NCBI RefSeq assembly: GCF_006345805.1
Contig: NC_043001.1
Location: 89,838,001 to 89,902,000 of the forward strand
Reading direction: 5' to 3'
DNA from: Octopus sinensis
Taxonomy: Eukaryota
DNA: 64,000 nucleotides
Shown piece after piece: positions 10,986 to 25,100 of this stretch. The translations under genes and the position numbers were made by a program. Positions within the stretch are counted from its first letter, which is position 1. Every line of letters starts with the position of its first letter. The notes below the pieces were generated by a model. The model did no database searches and was not told the origin of the DNA. It saw nothing but the letters and a program-made list of their open reading frames with translations.

Positions 10986-12330
10986 GTGAGTAAATTCTTT
11001 ATTCAACTTTTACCTTTCGGTTTAAATATTTCATTTACTGTAATCTCTATGCCTTCTCATGTCAAATTTATTAGTCGTAATAATTCCCAGAAAACTTTTT
11101 TGTTCAGCTGTTTACTTTTTGACACTTCCCTCCATGAAACTCTTCCCCTGTTGGTATGTGTGTGTGTGTATATAAATATAGTGTATATGTATATATATAT
11201 ATATATATATATAGTGTACTGTTCCGTTAATGGTGGGCTCGACTCAAACGTACTTCATCCAATGAGATATAAATATTGTTTGATATACTCAATTTAAGTA
11301 TGAGTTATAGTGATATGAAACTAATTGTAGTAGCTCGCATATCCTATGTATATTGAGATAGATGTATGTGTGTAAATGGCGTATAATAGTTGCTTTCACA
11401 GGATTTTCAATCTACTTACTACTCTAAGCATTCTAGCATAATTAAATGTACAAACTTTAAGTCTAAGTCATTTCTAAACATAATACTTCAACTTGACTCT
11501 ATATTTTGAGGGTGTGTGTTATCAAATCTGAAATCACATTGCGTTAAAATTCTAATTAATTTATATGAAATTGGCGGAGGTAAAGAATACGCACACCACC
11601 TGTTTTCAGCGTAACTCCAAACCTAATCCCTAACGCGAAATCCATGAAGAATCGTTTTATTAAACGTTAAAAAGAAAATGGATATTGATTACATTTAATA
11701 TCAATATTTTAGCAAACAAAATGTAGAGATGACTAATCAATATAAAAATAGTCACATGTAAAAACCAGTTCGTGTCTAACTATTAACGCGCGCGTATGTG
11801 TATGTACTATATATAAATAATCGATAAGCATGTTTGTGAGCATGTAGCTTATTTAAACAATACTTTATTTTGTGAGTATATTTTACGCACCTAAATTATA
11901 TAGCAGTCAACCCATTAACGTGTGTATATATATACATTGCTAATTTCATAAGAATTTATAAGCTTTGAGAGAATATGAAATATTGGATATCGAGAGAATA
12001 TGAAACATTGGATATTGAAGCAGATATGCTATAAATAGCTTGTAAATATTGAGGTAAAAAAACGTGTGTGGTTTGGTGTCACAAACACACATTCTATCCC
12101 CACCCCATATATACATACATAAACCACTTATATGTCTGCGATCATATAACTTATCTTATTTAAGCAAAACTTTTTCTGAATATATTTTATGCACGCAGAT
12201 TTATATAATTTACCCAAACCACGTCTAGATAATATTTCGCTGACTGGAAGAATAGAATTCTTATGTAGAAATTTTACCATCTTTGGCAGTGTTTATTTAA
12301 CACACCCAAAATGAATACGTCTCCTGATGA

Positions 12331-12383
<53 letters not shown>

Positions 12384-15300
12384 TAGCTTAAAAGCTAGTA
12401 TGTAGCTTTTAGTAACTGACCCTGAATGGGTAGATCTGCAAACAGATCTCTGACTTGTTTTGGAGAATTTGTTGCAATTGCTTCCTCCAGAGTCATATAT
12501 CAATGATGATCATATTCGTTGCAAAAAATCATGTAAAAAAGAATCGCCGAAAACAATCGTAGTAATGTAAACACAGGAATCCCAAATTTCAGGATTGCAG
12601 ATCCAGATTCAGCTTGGAATGTGTGGTGTGTGCGAGAGATTCGAATATAAAGGCACCTACCTTCTCTTCTCTCTGATGGAGACCCTTCAGTTGTAACTGA
12701 TCCTTCGACACAGCCTGAGATAGCAGCTGCTTCACCCAGCCTTAGCAACGTCTTCACCCGTCTTAACACCTTGACGACCCTGGTTCGAAAAGCCGAAATC
12801 CCCGCTCGCTGCGTGCGCATCCCAGCTGCCCCCTCCCGGTCAGCTCACCCAGCTGCTGACGTCATCCCACACGCCACCCTGATCTTAAAGATCACAATCT
12901 CTCTGCCCCATGTCGTAGTCCACCATCCAACCAAGAGGGCGCTTGGCGCATCGAGATCCTCTCAAGCTGGGCACCTCGTTCTCCCCCTCTCCAGAATCGT
13001 CCGTCGAAGCGACAATCCTGCGATGGTCCAAGACGTGTTGCGGCATTCCATCCACGGAGACGTTGTTTCTGAAATTGACCGCCGTCATCGTTCCTCTGCT
13101 CCATTGAGACGTACAGCACGCCTTTGGTGGCTTAATCGAGACTTCCTCCCCTATTTTCAGGCAAACGGGTCCCTTCTCTTCCTCGTGGCCTTCCGGCGCT
13201 TTGCTTGAGTGCCTCCATTCATATTTAAATACAGCTCTCTGCGGCACAGATTCCTCAGCTTGTCCGGATCGGGGAGACAAGTTGTACCAAAAAACTGCTT
13301 CAAGCGGCGAAATGTGCCCTCTTTCCACTATGGCCTTGACTGTCCGATGGTGCCTCTCTAAGATCCTGTTACCGCTCGGCCTATACGCTGCTCTGAACAA
13401 GCGACGCACCTTCCACCGATCAAGCATAAGCCTCAATGCTTCCGAACGAAACCCTGCCCCATTGTCCATCAGCAGTTCTTCTACGGGACCTCTCTCTAAA
13501 AATATCCTGTTCAAGATCTGCGCGATCTCGTCAGCAGTGCCCGTTCTCAAAACCCTCCAAATGGCCAGCCAGCCTGGCCCGCAGTTGACCATGGAAAGGT
13601 ACATTCCCTGATGGTAGTGTGTCACATCCACAGCTAGCCTTTTTCAGTTCTGCTCCACCGGAAGGCTTCCCTGTTCATGCCCACACGGAGCAGGGTCGAT
13701 GGACTGACACCTGTCGCAGCTCCCGACCACCTTCCGGATGCTTCTAGTGACGTCAGCATCAATTTTCTTTGCCAGATAAAGGGTTCTGTCCACACCCAGG
13801 TGATGCATAGCATGCAGTCTCTTCAGTTCAGAGTCATCCAACCGACATGCTGCAGCTATCCTTTTCCGGGCCTCCTCCGGTTCTTCCAACCATGCTCTTT
13901 TCACCCTGGTCAGTATGTCCGCCCTGTTTTTCTCCGAAGGCACGAAAACCACATTCAGCTTCAGTCCGAACTCAGCGATCAATTCACCTAGACGGCGCTT
14001 CACTAACATCTCCACGGCATCTTTCGACCGCACTCTCCTTTCACCGGTGATCACCGATCCTACCCAGCCAAGCACAGTGGCTGAATCCGTCTGGATTTCA
14101 ATTGTGCGCAGCCCCCATTTCAGGGCCAAGTTCACCCCTTTCAGCACCGCGTCTAATTCGGCAACATTGATGTGGTTGAAGTCATCTGCTTTCTGAATCC
14201 AGGCCGCGTCCTCCACCGCAGCACCTTCGATTGCCAACACAACCCCTATCGCTATACTGCTAGCATCACACCAGACGGTCCTGCATTCCATCTTGGGCAC
14301 GTACCAGTTCCCCCTGACCGGGTCTTCCACTCTTGTCCTCTCTAGGATTTCCTGCATCATCGCCACCATCCCTTCTCCCACCTTGTCGCCCCAACTCTCC
14401 CCCTCTGCTCGTCTCTTGGTGTAACTGCACACTGTGTGCAGCCATCCAGCGATCTGGTAGTGACCGACCAACTTCCCACATACTGAGAACAGCTCTCTCC
14501 TGCTGACGCTGGAACTCAGCTCTGGGATTTCATTCCCTCTCCAGAACACCAATTCATCCGATCTATCTCTTTGCAGCTTCAGCCCCAGCGTGGCTCCCCC
14601 TTCCATCGACTCCGGTGGCTTCGCAATCAGTCCGAACTTCTCCAGATGTCTAACTACCTCGTTGGCTGGCACTACAGTTTCGTCCACCAAAATGTCGTTA
14701 ATGTAGGAGCTGGTGGCCTTTCTAATCTTGCCGTCTTTCCCTAGGACGGACTTAAGCACTGCTGCCATGATCTTCGGAGCGGAATTCAGCCCGAAACCCA
14801 GCCTGGTTAAACAGTACGTCCGGCCTTTGTACCGCACCAGCTGATATCGCCACAGTTTGTCGCTCACATGGAGCTGCAAGTATGCCGATTTCAAGTCGAC
14901 TGTTTCCACACACGTAATGTCTCGCCACAAATGTCTGTCGCCTCACCTCCCATGTGACACGATATATGCTGGTTTAGCTCCCTGAAGTCCAGCACCGGTC
15001 TGACTTTTCCCTTCGTAGGCTGCACCACCGCCATCAGGGGTAGCACTCCGCCTACTACCTCCTCTTTCCAAGGGACAAGGACCCCTTCCTCGATCCACCT
15101 CTCCACCTCGTCTTCAAACTCGACCCTGGAGTGGCCTTTCAGAGTATGCTGGTAACAGCTCACCCTGTTTTCCAGCGTCGGGGGCTCGTCCTTCCATCGC
15201 CACTCTATCGTCCACCGCTGACCATTGAACGCCGCCTGAAAGTCTTTGTCCTCGATGGTGTATGCGGCGCAGTCCCTCGCGAGGCTCTGCTCTCTGGTGA

Positions 15301-17673
15301 TCCTGACTCGCAGTGCATGACGCCCCCACGCTTCCGAATGTGACCTCATTTCCCACAACACTGACGCCACCGAGGCAGTTGATGGCGTCCATCCCCATCA
15401 CCACATCAACCCCATCTATCATGCGTTCAGCCACAATTACCTGCAGCCTTAGCGTCGCGCCGCACACCACTATCTCTACCTTGCTGCTGCCTCTGCAACA
15501 GATTTCGCTGCCGTCGCCCGCCTGGACACTACTTGCCCCGTTCCATTCCTTCGCCACCCTTGAAGTCACAAGGCTTTGAACGTCTTCCCCCCGGCCTCCA
15601 CGTCAATTAACGGCAGCATCTCCAATAGCGCCTCTACTCATTTGCGGGGAAAGTTCGAGAGGCAGCAACTTCCCCGCGGTCGTTTCCCTGGTCGCAATCA
15701 CGGGCGATGTGCCCTGTCTGCCTGCATCGATAGCAAACGGGCACCGGTTGCGTACAGTCTCGCGCCATGTGCGACCCCCGACATCTAAAACACCGACCTG
15801 AGAACAGCCGCTGTTGTTGCATGGTGAGCTTCTGTACGTCTTTCTCCGGTCGTCGTCCGTCTTTATGCACCTCCGTCATCGCCATTGCTATCGCCTTCCG
15901 CCCAGAGTGTCGCGTCAACACGCGGGCTTGAGTCACAAGTTCGCTCAGCACCGTCTTTTTAATCCCAGGCAATCGTTGTAGGTGAATCCCTACATCGTTG
16001 GGGAACCCATTTACAAACGCCAGCCGCGCTGCTCTCTCCAGCCCTTCTCCCGTAAACCCAGCCAGCGTCACTAACCTTCTAACTTCTGCCACGTACTCGT
16101 CCACTTGTCCTCCTGTCCATCTGATTGTACCCAGCTTAGCAAAAGCTGTGTATTCACATTCTGTGTAGGTATCCCGCAAACGTTGCTCTATCTTTTCCTT
16201 GCTCAGGCGTTCCTCCTCCTCCATCTCAAGGTATAGCGTTAACGCGCTCCCTTCAAATACAGTGCCATAAGACTTTCCACATCGCTTATACCTTGCAGTC
16301 TTGCCACCAGCCTGATTTTACGAATCCAGGTCACTACATTGCTTTCACCATTGAAGGGTCTGATGATGTCGCTGGCGATCCTGATTTTCGCAGACATCGT
16401 GGTGACGACTTATGTGGAGTACCGAAATAGCTTGTGGTGTGTGCGAGAGATTCGAATATAAAGGTACCTACCTTCTCTTCTCTCTGATGGAGACCCTTCA
16501 GTGGTAACGGATCCTTCGACACAACCCGACCCAAACGCTAGAGATAGCAGCTGCTTCACCCAACCTTAGCAACGTCTTCACCCGTCTTAACACCTCGACG
16601 ACCCTGGTTCGAAAAGCCGAAATCCTCGCTGCGCGTGCGTCCCGGCTGCCCCCTTCTGGTCAGCCCCAACTTCCAATCAGCTCACCCAGCTGCTGACGTC
16701 ATCCCACAGAATGTTTTTAATTTATTCACGGAGTTAGCTTTTAGATTATAAAAATTGTTATCGAACAAAAAAATTTGTCGCAAAAAGTCACGTAAAAGAT
16801 CGCCAAAAGCAATGACAGTCATGTAAACTTAGGAATCCAAAATTTCAGGATTGTGGGTCTGGATCGGCCCGGAATATTTTTAATTTACTTATGGAGTCAG
16901 CCGGATTCCATATATTATATTAGACTGATTATTATATTAGACAAAGCTTAAAAGCAATGTAAGTGATTGACTGAGAGTTATTCTTTACTGTTGAATTCTG
17001 TTTGGCAGAATTCTGGTTTTCCAACTTGATCACTTTTTATTTTTTGAAATTTTCAGAAAATTTTTGTGAATCTGTTGCATTCTACACACGGGAATTCATA
17101 CGTTATGAAAAAATTTTCAAAATTTTCTTTTTTACCCCATCCCTGCCTCAAGTTCCACTCTTTTTTTTAATTCTTTTTTTTTTAATCTGAGTTTAAAATA
17201 CAGACAGTTTGAATTTTTTGCTTAAATTCTAGGAATGGACTAACTTTGGGTGCATCATCATTCTGCTAAATGTATTTATGGGAAGAAAAATATTGATAAA
17301 CGTTGATACATGTCAGAATGGAAAAGAAACGAAGTGGGTATCAGGTAGTCTAGAGACGTGCTAAATATAGCAGCTAAATCACCCTTAAATCACACACAAA
17401 ACGATATATTTTGCATAATCGTATGAATTCTTGGGTGTTGAACACAATTCTTTTATTCTTTTATTTGTTTCATTCATTTAACTGTCGCCATGCTGGAGCA
17501 CTGCCTTTAGTCGAGCAAAATCAACCCCAGGAAAAATTTTTTATAAGCCTGGTACTCATTCTATCAGTCTCATTTGCTGAACTGCTAAATAACAGGAACG
17601 TAAACACACCAGCATCGGTTGTCAAGCAATATTGGGGGGAAAAACACAAACTCACAAACATACATGTGTGTGC

Positions 17674-17714
<41 letters not shown>

Positions 17715-19056
17715 CATACATACATACATACATACGACTGGCTTCTTTCAGTTTCCATCTACCAAATCCACTCACAAGGCTTTGGTCGGTCCGAGGCTAT
17801 AGTAGAAATCACTTGCCCAAGGTGTATGTCAACAGTGGGACTGAACCCGGAACCATGTGGTTGGTAAGCAAGCTACTTACCACACAACCACTCCTGTGCC
17901 TATACAAATTCACAAAAATTTTCTGAAATTCTAAAAAATTAAAAAAGTTAGGAGGGGTTATATGGGCTGCTTAAACCAAAATTCCACCTGTTTCTTTTGT
18001 TTGTTCTATTTTAACTGACAAAAGAAACTAAAGGGCTGAGAAAGTACCAAGCATGAAACTCTTGATCCTTGAGTCATTTTTGAAACTTCAAGTAAAAATA
18101 AAAGAAACGTATATATACTAATGTATTGTGTACTAATTCTGATTGTTCAACTGAGACTCCACACACAAACACCTTCACACCTTACAAATTTGTAAGTATA
18201 CAGATGTGATTCACAACACCTGCTAAATTATATTTGTAGATAAAATGGCTTACCTACACAAGTGTGCCCCCACCAACTTTGCTTCCTTGTGTTTTTTAGA
18301 AGGCTATACCTACACAATTGTGCCTCCCACCCCCAACTTTGTTTCCTCATATCTTTCAGAAAAATGGATCACTTGTATAAGTATGCAGGGATGCTGATGA
18401 TATATCAATATTTAGAATTGAACTTTCCTAGCAAGTTATTTGATCTGTGACTGTGCTAAAACTCAAGCAGTTTCATTGTGGAATAACTATTTTAGCTTTC
18501 TATAAACACACAAAATATTTTCTGGATTTCACTATTCATATATTTCTTGTGGCATTGAAATATTCACTGCATAACTGTGTCTTGGTTACCAACACAGTTC
18601 TACTGCAATTTGGTGGAATCTCAAGAAGTATTTCAAAAGTGAATTAACAGAGTGGGATTGTATTGTGTTTTTTAGATTACTAAACACTCTTTCATGATGT
18701 AATTCTATCAATAACTATTATTTTTTTATTAATTAAACGAGCATTTTCATTTTTAAGAACACCTGAAAGTGCCAGTATCTGCTTTGGCATGGCTTCTTTA
18801 GTTTGGATGGATGACCTTTGTTATGCTGACCACTATTTACTGAGTATACTAGGTGCATTCTTTGGAGCATCAGCATTGTGTGTGTATGTGTGTTGTCATA
18901 CAAGTAGTATGGTTTTTTCAGCCTTCCATGGAAAACATTGGAATTATTTTCTTGCTTGGAAACAAGTGAGGGTTGGTAACAGGAAGAGTATATGGTTGTG
19001 GAAAATCTGCTTCTGCAAATTCCACCTGAGCATAGAAAAGTGGACATTAAATGATC

Positions 19057-19112
<56 letters not shown>

Positions 19113-22100
19113 TCATCATCATCATCGTTTAACGTCCGTTCTCCATGCTAGCATGGGTTGGACGGTTCGACCGGGGATCTGGGAAGCCAGAAGGCTGCAC
19201 CAGGCTCCAGTCTTATCTGGCAGTGTTTCTACAGCTGGATGCCCTTCCTAACGCCAAACACTCCGTGAGTATATATATATATACACACTAGCTGGGCCCT
19301 GTTGCCATAAAAAATAACAACTAATTGTAGTATTTTATATATAAATAAGGTACAAAACCAAGATGTTGATTTAATAATTCTTTTATTTGTAAACTTTTAT
19401 GTGAAAAATCTATCCGCAACTAACATCCTTTGACTGCTTGTTTCCTTCAAAAGAATTTTCAAGTTTTCCTTCCTTCTTGTCTGACTTAAGGCTACATAAA
19501 GCCAGCCATTACTAAATACGGGAGCTGGCAAGTATATACCAAATACAGAGTTGAAACGCTGTTTGATTTTTCTTTTCAGCGTTGAATGTTCACCATCCCA
19601 CTTCAATTGCACACACACACACACACACGCATTCACATACCTCCCTTTTACATATACATGCATAAACTCACACAGAGTTGGAACGCTGCTTGATTTATCT
19701 TTTTCACGATACAGTTTCCATCATCTCACTACAAAGTTTGCCATCACTCCTTCCTTCTTTATTTATCTATCATTCCTTCTATTCTCATTCATATGTTGTG
19801 ACAGAGAAAATCACAAGAGTATTATTATAGCAGATAAGGTACAAAACCAAAATTTTGGTTTAATAATCCTTTTATTACCAAACTTATGAAAAATCTATCC
19901 ACAACTAACATTCTTTGATTGTTTGTTTCCTTGAAAAGGATTTTTAAGCTTTCCTTCCTTCTTGTTCGAGTTAAGGCCACGTAAGGCTGGCCATGACTAA
20001 ATACAAGAGCTGCTAAGTAAATACCAAATACACATAGTTGAAACGCTGTTTGATTTTTCTTTTCAGTGTTGACTGTTAACCATCCCACTTCCATTACACA
20101 CACGCACATGCACACACACACTTACACTCCCTCCCTTTTACATACACACACATATATTCACACAGTTGAAACGCTGTTTGATTTACTTTTTCAGCATAGA
20201 ATTTTCATCATCCCACTACCAAGTATGACATCACCTCTTTCATCCTTATTCATCTATCATCCCTTCCTTTCTCATTCATATTATAGTATTATTATAGTAG
20301 ACTAGCACTATGACCCAGCAACGCCGGGTCATAGTGCTAGTGCATGCATATACAGCTGCGTGCATGCGCACATACACGCAAGTACTGTCCAACTCTCTGA
20401 CCAATCACATACAGCTAGCTGGCATTCAATTGGCATACCAAGTTTCGGGCATTTTGATTGGGTTTTGGATAGAAAATTCACAAAAAAGTCACTTCTATTG
20501 ATTTTTTAATGGTTTTACGGGGGTGACTGGGGAAATGTAAAGATCTGCACGACCACCCTTGGACGGTTTTGAATGACCATAGAAAGTGTGAGCCCTCTAA
20601 ATGAAAAATTGTGGATTTGTATAAAGGACACGCACACAGACATTTTGCTGTTTGTATATATGGAGATTATCTTGGTAACCATGGGAGCTATGAAAAAAAT
20701 ACAAAGCCCAGCAACACCACCGGATCAGTCTATACATTTGTGTAATTTTTTGTGCAATTCCAACCAGCCGTTTGACCATGAATCCCAAGACAAGAAAATA
20801 TACAAGAAAGAATCGCCCTACAATTTCCATTTGATTTTCATTTTGATGTTGATGTACTTGACTCAATAGGTCTCCTCAAATGCAGCAGGTTTCCCTACGA
20901 TCCAAGGTATTTTAGAATGTGCTGGGGCTGGTTATGCGGAACTGGTGTAGGATACAGCCATCTTCACAGTCACAACATATATATCTCCAGAGGTCTCAGT
21001 CTTTTATCATTGCTTCTGTGAGGCCCAATGTTCGAAGGTCATGCTTCACCACCGCATCCCATGTCTTCCTGGGTCTACCTCTACCCTGGATTCCTTCAAC
21101 TGTTTGGGAGTGGCACTTCTTCACGCAGCTCTCCTCATCCATCTGTAGTACATGACCATACCAGTGCAAACATCTCTCTTGCATGCCACATCCGATGCTT
21201 CTTATGTGCAGCATTCTCAGGGCACTTACACTCTGTCGTGTGTGCACACTGACATTACACATCCAGCAGATCATGCTAGCTTCATTTCTTTGGAGAGCCT
21301 ATGCATGTCCTCAGCAGTCACGGTCCTTGTTTCACTGCTGTGAAGCATGGCAGTTCGCACACATGCTTCGTACAATCTACCTTTCACTCGCTCTTTGAGC
21401 GAGAGGCCCTTTGTCACCAGTAGGGATAGAAGCTTTCTAAACTTTGCCCAGGCTATTCTTATTCTAGTGGTAACACTCTCTGAGCATTCACCTCCACTAC
21501 TAACTTGGTTACCTAGGTAGCGGAAGTTATCAACTACTTCTGTTTTCTGAGCATCTGTGGTGTTTATTGCCCCTGTGCATCTGCTGCATCAGCATAGAGG
21601 AGCTCCCAGGGTAAATCTGTCTTGAATTCCTCTGTTATTGCCTGGAGGACTATGATGAATAAAAGGGGACTGAGGGTTGATCCTTGGTGGACCCTACTTC
21701 TACCCGGAATTCTTCACTATACTCATTGCTAATCCTAACCTTACTACTGACCTCTCTGTATAGGGCCTGTACAGCTCTTATTAACCATTCATCAATCCCC
21801 AGTTTCTGCATCACTTACCAGATAAGGGAACAGGGGACCCTGTCAAAGGCTTTCTCCAAGTCCACAAAAGCTAAGTACAAGGGTTTATCCTTAGCTAGTT
21901 ATCTCTCCTGCAGTTGCTGCACCAGGAATATAGCATCAGTGATGCTTCTACCTGGCACAAAACCAAACTGCATCTCATCTAAGTAGACTCTCTCCCTAAT
22001 GAGATAGGCTATGACCTAGCAGTTGACTATGGTGCAGCTATGCCAGTCATTGGGTATGACTCCATCACAAACTACCTGGTTTACAATGCAGGTGACTAGG

Positions 22101-25100
22101 CCATAGCCCGCACCACCAAATGTTTTAAGCATCTCAGCAGTGATTCTTGATGGTCCGGGGGCTTTTCCAGGCTTCATAACCTTAATTGCTTTATCTACTA
22201 GGGAGTTGTCTATTCGGATAGCTAGTCCCCTTACTGGGTCAACATTTGGCAGGCTCTCCTCCTCCCATTCATTCTCCATGTTCAGCTGTCTTTCATAATG
22301 CTTCTCCAATCTTCTTTCTTTTCCAAATCATTAAAAGCATGTGCACCAAAATCCATGTGGATACATTTCTCTCCTGTGACATTGCAATTTTCTCTCACAC
22401 ACTGTCTTGCAATCTGAAATACTTCAGTTCTTTGGTCCTCACATCACTGCACACTGGCAAACTTCTTTTCTGCTTCGCCCTTGGCTATGTATACCTGCCA
22501 CCCAGCCTCCTTTTTGAGGTTTATATATATATATATATTAAAGTGGATGTATGGCCTAATGGTTAGGGTATTAATTTCACAATCATGAGATCATGGTTTC
22601 AATTCCTAGGTGGTGTGTTGTGTTCTTGAGAAAAACACTTCATTTCATGTTGCTCTGCAGTCATGTTGACACCTGAGGTGTGGTACACCATGCACCTATC
22701 CAGGCCACATAAATTTGATGGACTAAGTGATGTAATGTCCAGCACATACATTTGATCACTATAAACAAATCATTTGTACTGGTCATTTGGCAAAAGCTGA
22801 ACACGCACACATCATCTCCTATGTTGTATGTATTGATCTAATTAGTGAAATCTATCTAGATATTTGCATTCTGGTAATTGAAGTGTTTTAGGGTAATAGA
22901 TAAACTATTTCAGCCAAGTTGATTGGGTTTTGAGTTTTCATTTACTAATGAGAATTGTATGTTGTTAACAATTTATAAACTTTCACAAAGCATTGAACTC
23001 AAAACATGAGCATGATGTGAAGATGTTGAACACGACTGATGTGAGGATGGTGAGCCTCATGTAAGATGTTACAAATGATTGAGATTTGTGATATGCAGTG
23101 CTTGAGAAGTCCTGCCCAACCATACTAGCACATTCTGAGTGACGCACTCAAAGCATAATGTCTGTGCACATGACTGAAACAGTGACAAGTCTATAGTTCT
23201 TTCTTCTTTGTTCCCTTCCTGTCACCCAGACAACTGGGACCTTCTCCTGGGTCACTTCCTATTGACATCCTTTCTTCATTCTTACCCCTGAACACCCTTG
23301 TTAGTATGCATCTTTCCCCACCATCATCCACAACTTTAACCCTATTACTCATCCCTTGATCACTTTTCTATCTACTGTATTATTCTGAGGCTGTAGGAAA
23401 TGAAAGCAGAACCTATTACTATATACCATTCCATATCACCATCTCTATACTGCCAGCCATCACTCCCTCTCCTCTGCTACTCCTAATTGGTATACACCCC
23501 CTCATCCTTCTCATCATCCCTCATATTTGTCACCCCATCTCTGTTCACCCATTCACTACATTACTCCCCTACATACATCTGAACGTTTTCATGTTTGTAT
23601 CCATCTTTCACTCTCTTCCCACACTCTTACAACCTTACTCACCATTCTCCCTGATTCTTCTATATCTGTACATCTCTTGACATATTACTTTCTGGCACTT
23701 TGTCATCACTGTATTTACCTCACTTTGGGCTCCACTCCAGCTTCCCCCACCTTCTCATGTAAAATGTGAAGTAACCATGGATCTCCATATCAATAAGCTT
23801 GCCCCTGCTTCCTAATATTGTACTTAAACATTTCAACACTTTTTTTAAAGTGACCACCTTATCTCCTATTCTCCCTGTCTGTCAAGCGGTCTCTTTAGTC
23901 TTACAAATTACAAGGCAACCTCACTAGTACTGATACCATGGAAAAGCACCCAGTATACACTGGTTGACATTTGGAAGAGCAACTGTAGAAACCATGCCAA
24001 AACTAGAACATTGAAGTAAGATATACTACACTGACATATTGGACCCTGTCAAAACATCTGCCTTCCATGTCAGCATGGAAAGCAGATGTAACAAGATAAT
24101 GATAATTTTCTATTCAAAATGGTTTTTCAAACTGGTATTTACTTGCTATTTTTGCTTTATGTGCTTCAAGATTCACAGTTCCAAAAAAGTATGTATATGT
24201 ATGTTTGTAATGTGACCGCATGTGTATCGTTGGCGATTTTCTTTCTCCATCTTCCTTTCTTTGGACTTTCTCTATATTTCTGATGAAGAGCTCCACTCGA
24301 AATGTGAAATCCTCCTTCTTTCTTTCCTTTCCTGAGCGTCCAATAACACTGTACTTATTCCATGTCCTCGTGTTGTGTTTTCTCTTTGTTCATGTTTGGA
24401 TTAACTATATATGTAAGTATCTGTCTGAATTAGATCCAGGAAGATGTAGCATGAGGTAGTAAAGGCTGATATGAGGATGCTGAAAGAGATTACAAAGGAT
24501 TGAGATGGTTTGTGATATGCAGTGCTTGAGAAATCACTCCCAGGTCTTTTTCTACTTTAATTTATTTTGAGATAACATTTAAAAGAGCAGGACCATTTGC
24601 AGTGAAGAAATTGTGCTGCAATGTTCTTATGTGATGTGATCTCGACATTTATAGGGAAAACATTGCATGGGGGCCTAGTCTTGGGTGAATTGTAAACATA
24701 ATACCAATAACATTTTGATAATATTGGTGAAATATTTTCCACTTAGTGTAAATAATGTATTGTTCATGGTGATGTTGCAAAGAATAGAGTTTCAGCTATT
24801 TAGGTTGAGCCCAATAATCAAGTCCCGTCATGCCACTTATTTTTTTAGTGACTGATTTTTGTGGTGCTTTGAACCTCACTATGTCTTGTTTTTTGTAGGG
24901 GTACCACAATGGGCAACAGTATTCGAGGTGGAGCCTAGCAAATGTGGAGAAGAGAAGGATGATGGTTTCATGACACCTTGATTGAAAAGGATCCATGAGC
25001 ACATTCTGCGGGCAACATTGAGTCTTTTGTTGTTGTGCACACTCCAGCTAAGGTTGCTGTTGACAATTATACCTAAGTCTCTCATATTATCCACTCGTCC

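Larger units (their letters stand above)
12622..16708 (-). mobile_element. Ty3/gypsy-type LTR retrotransposon, complete structure (4087 bp), coding regions disrupted
   Basis: Two LTRs bounded by TGTGG...CCACA, flanked by TSD GAATG (12617-12621 and 16709-16713). Order on minus strand is gag(CCHC)-PR-RT-RNaseH-IN. Confidence 0.92.

Noticed and set aside
18789-19151. 120-aa hydrophobic ORF in intron 1
   Set aside because: Made of an RTE-tail-like repeat plus a TA microsatellite; not part of the PRA1 frame.
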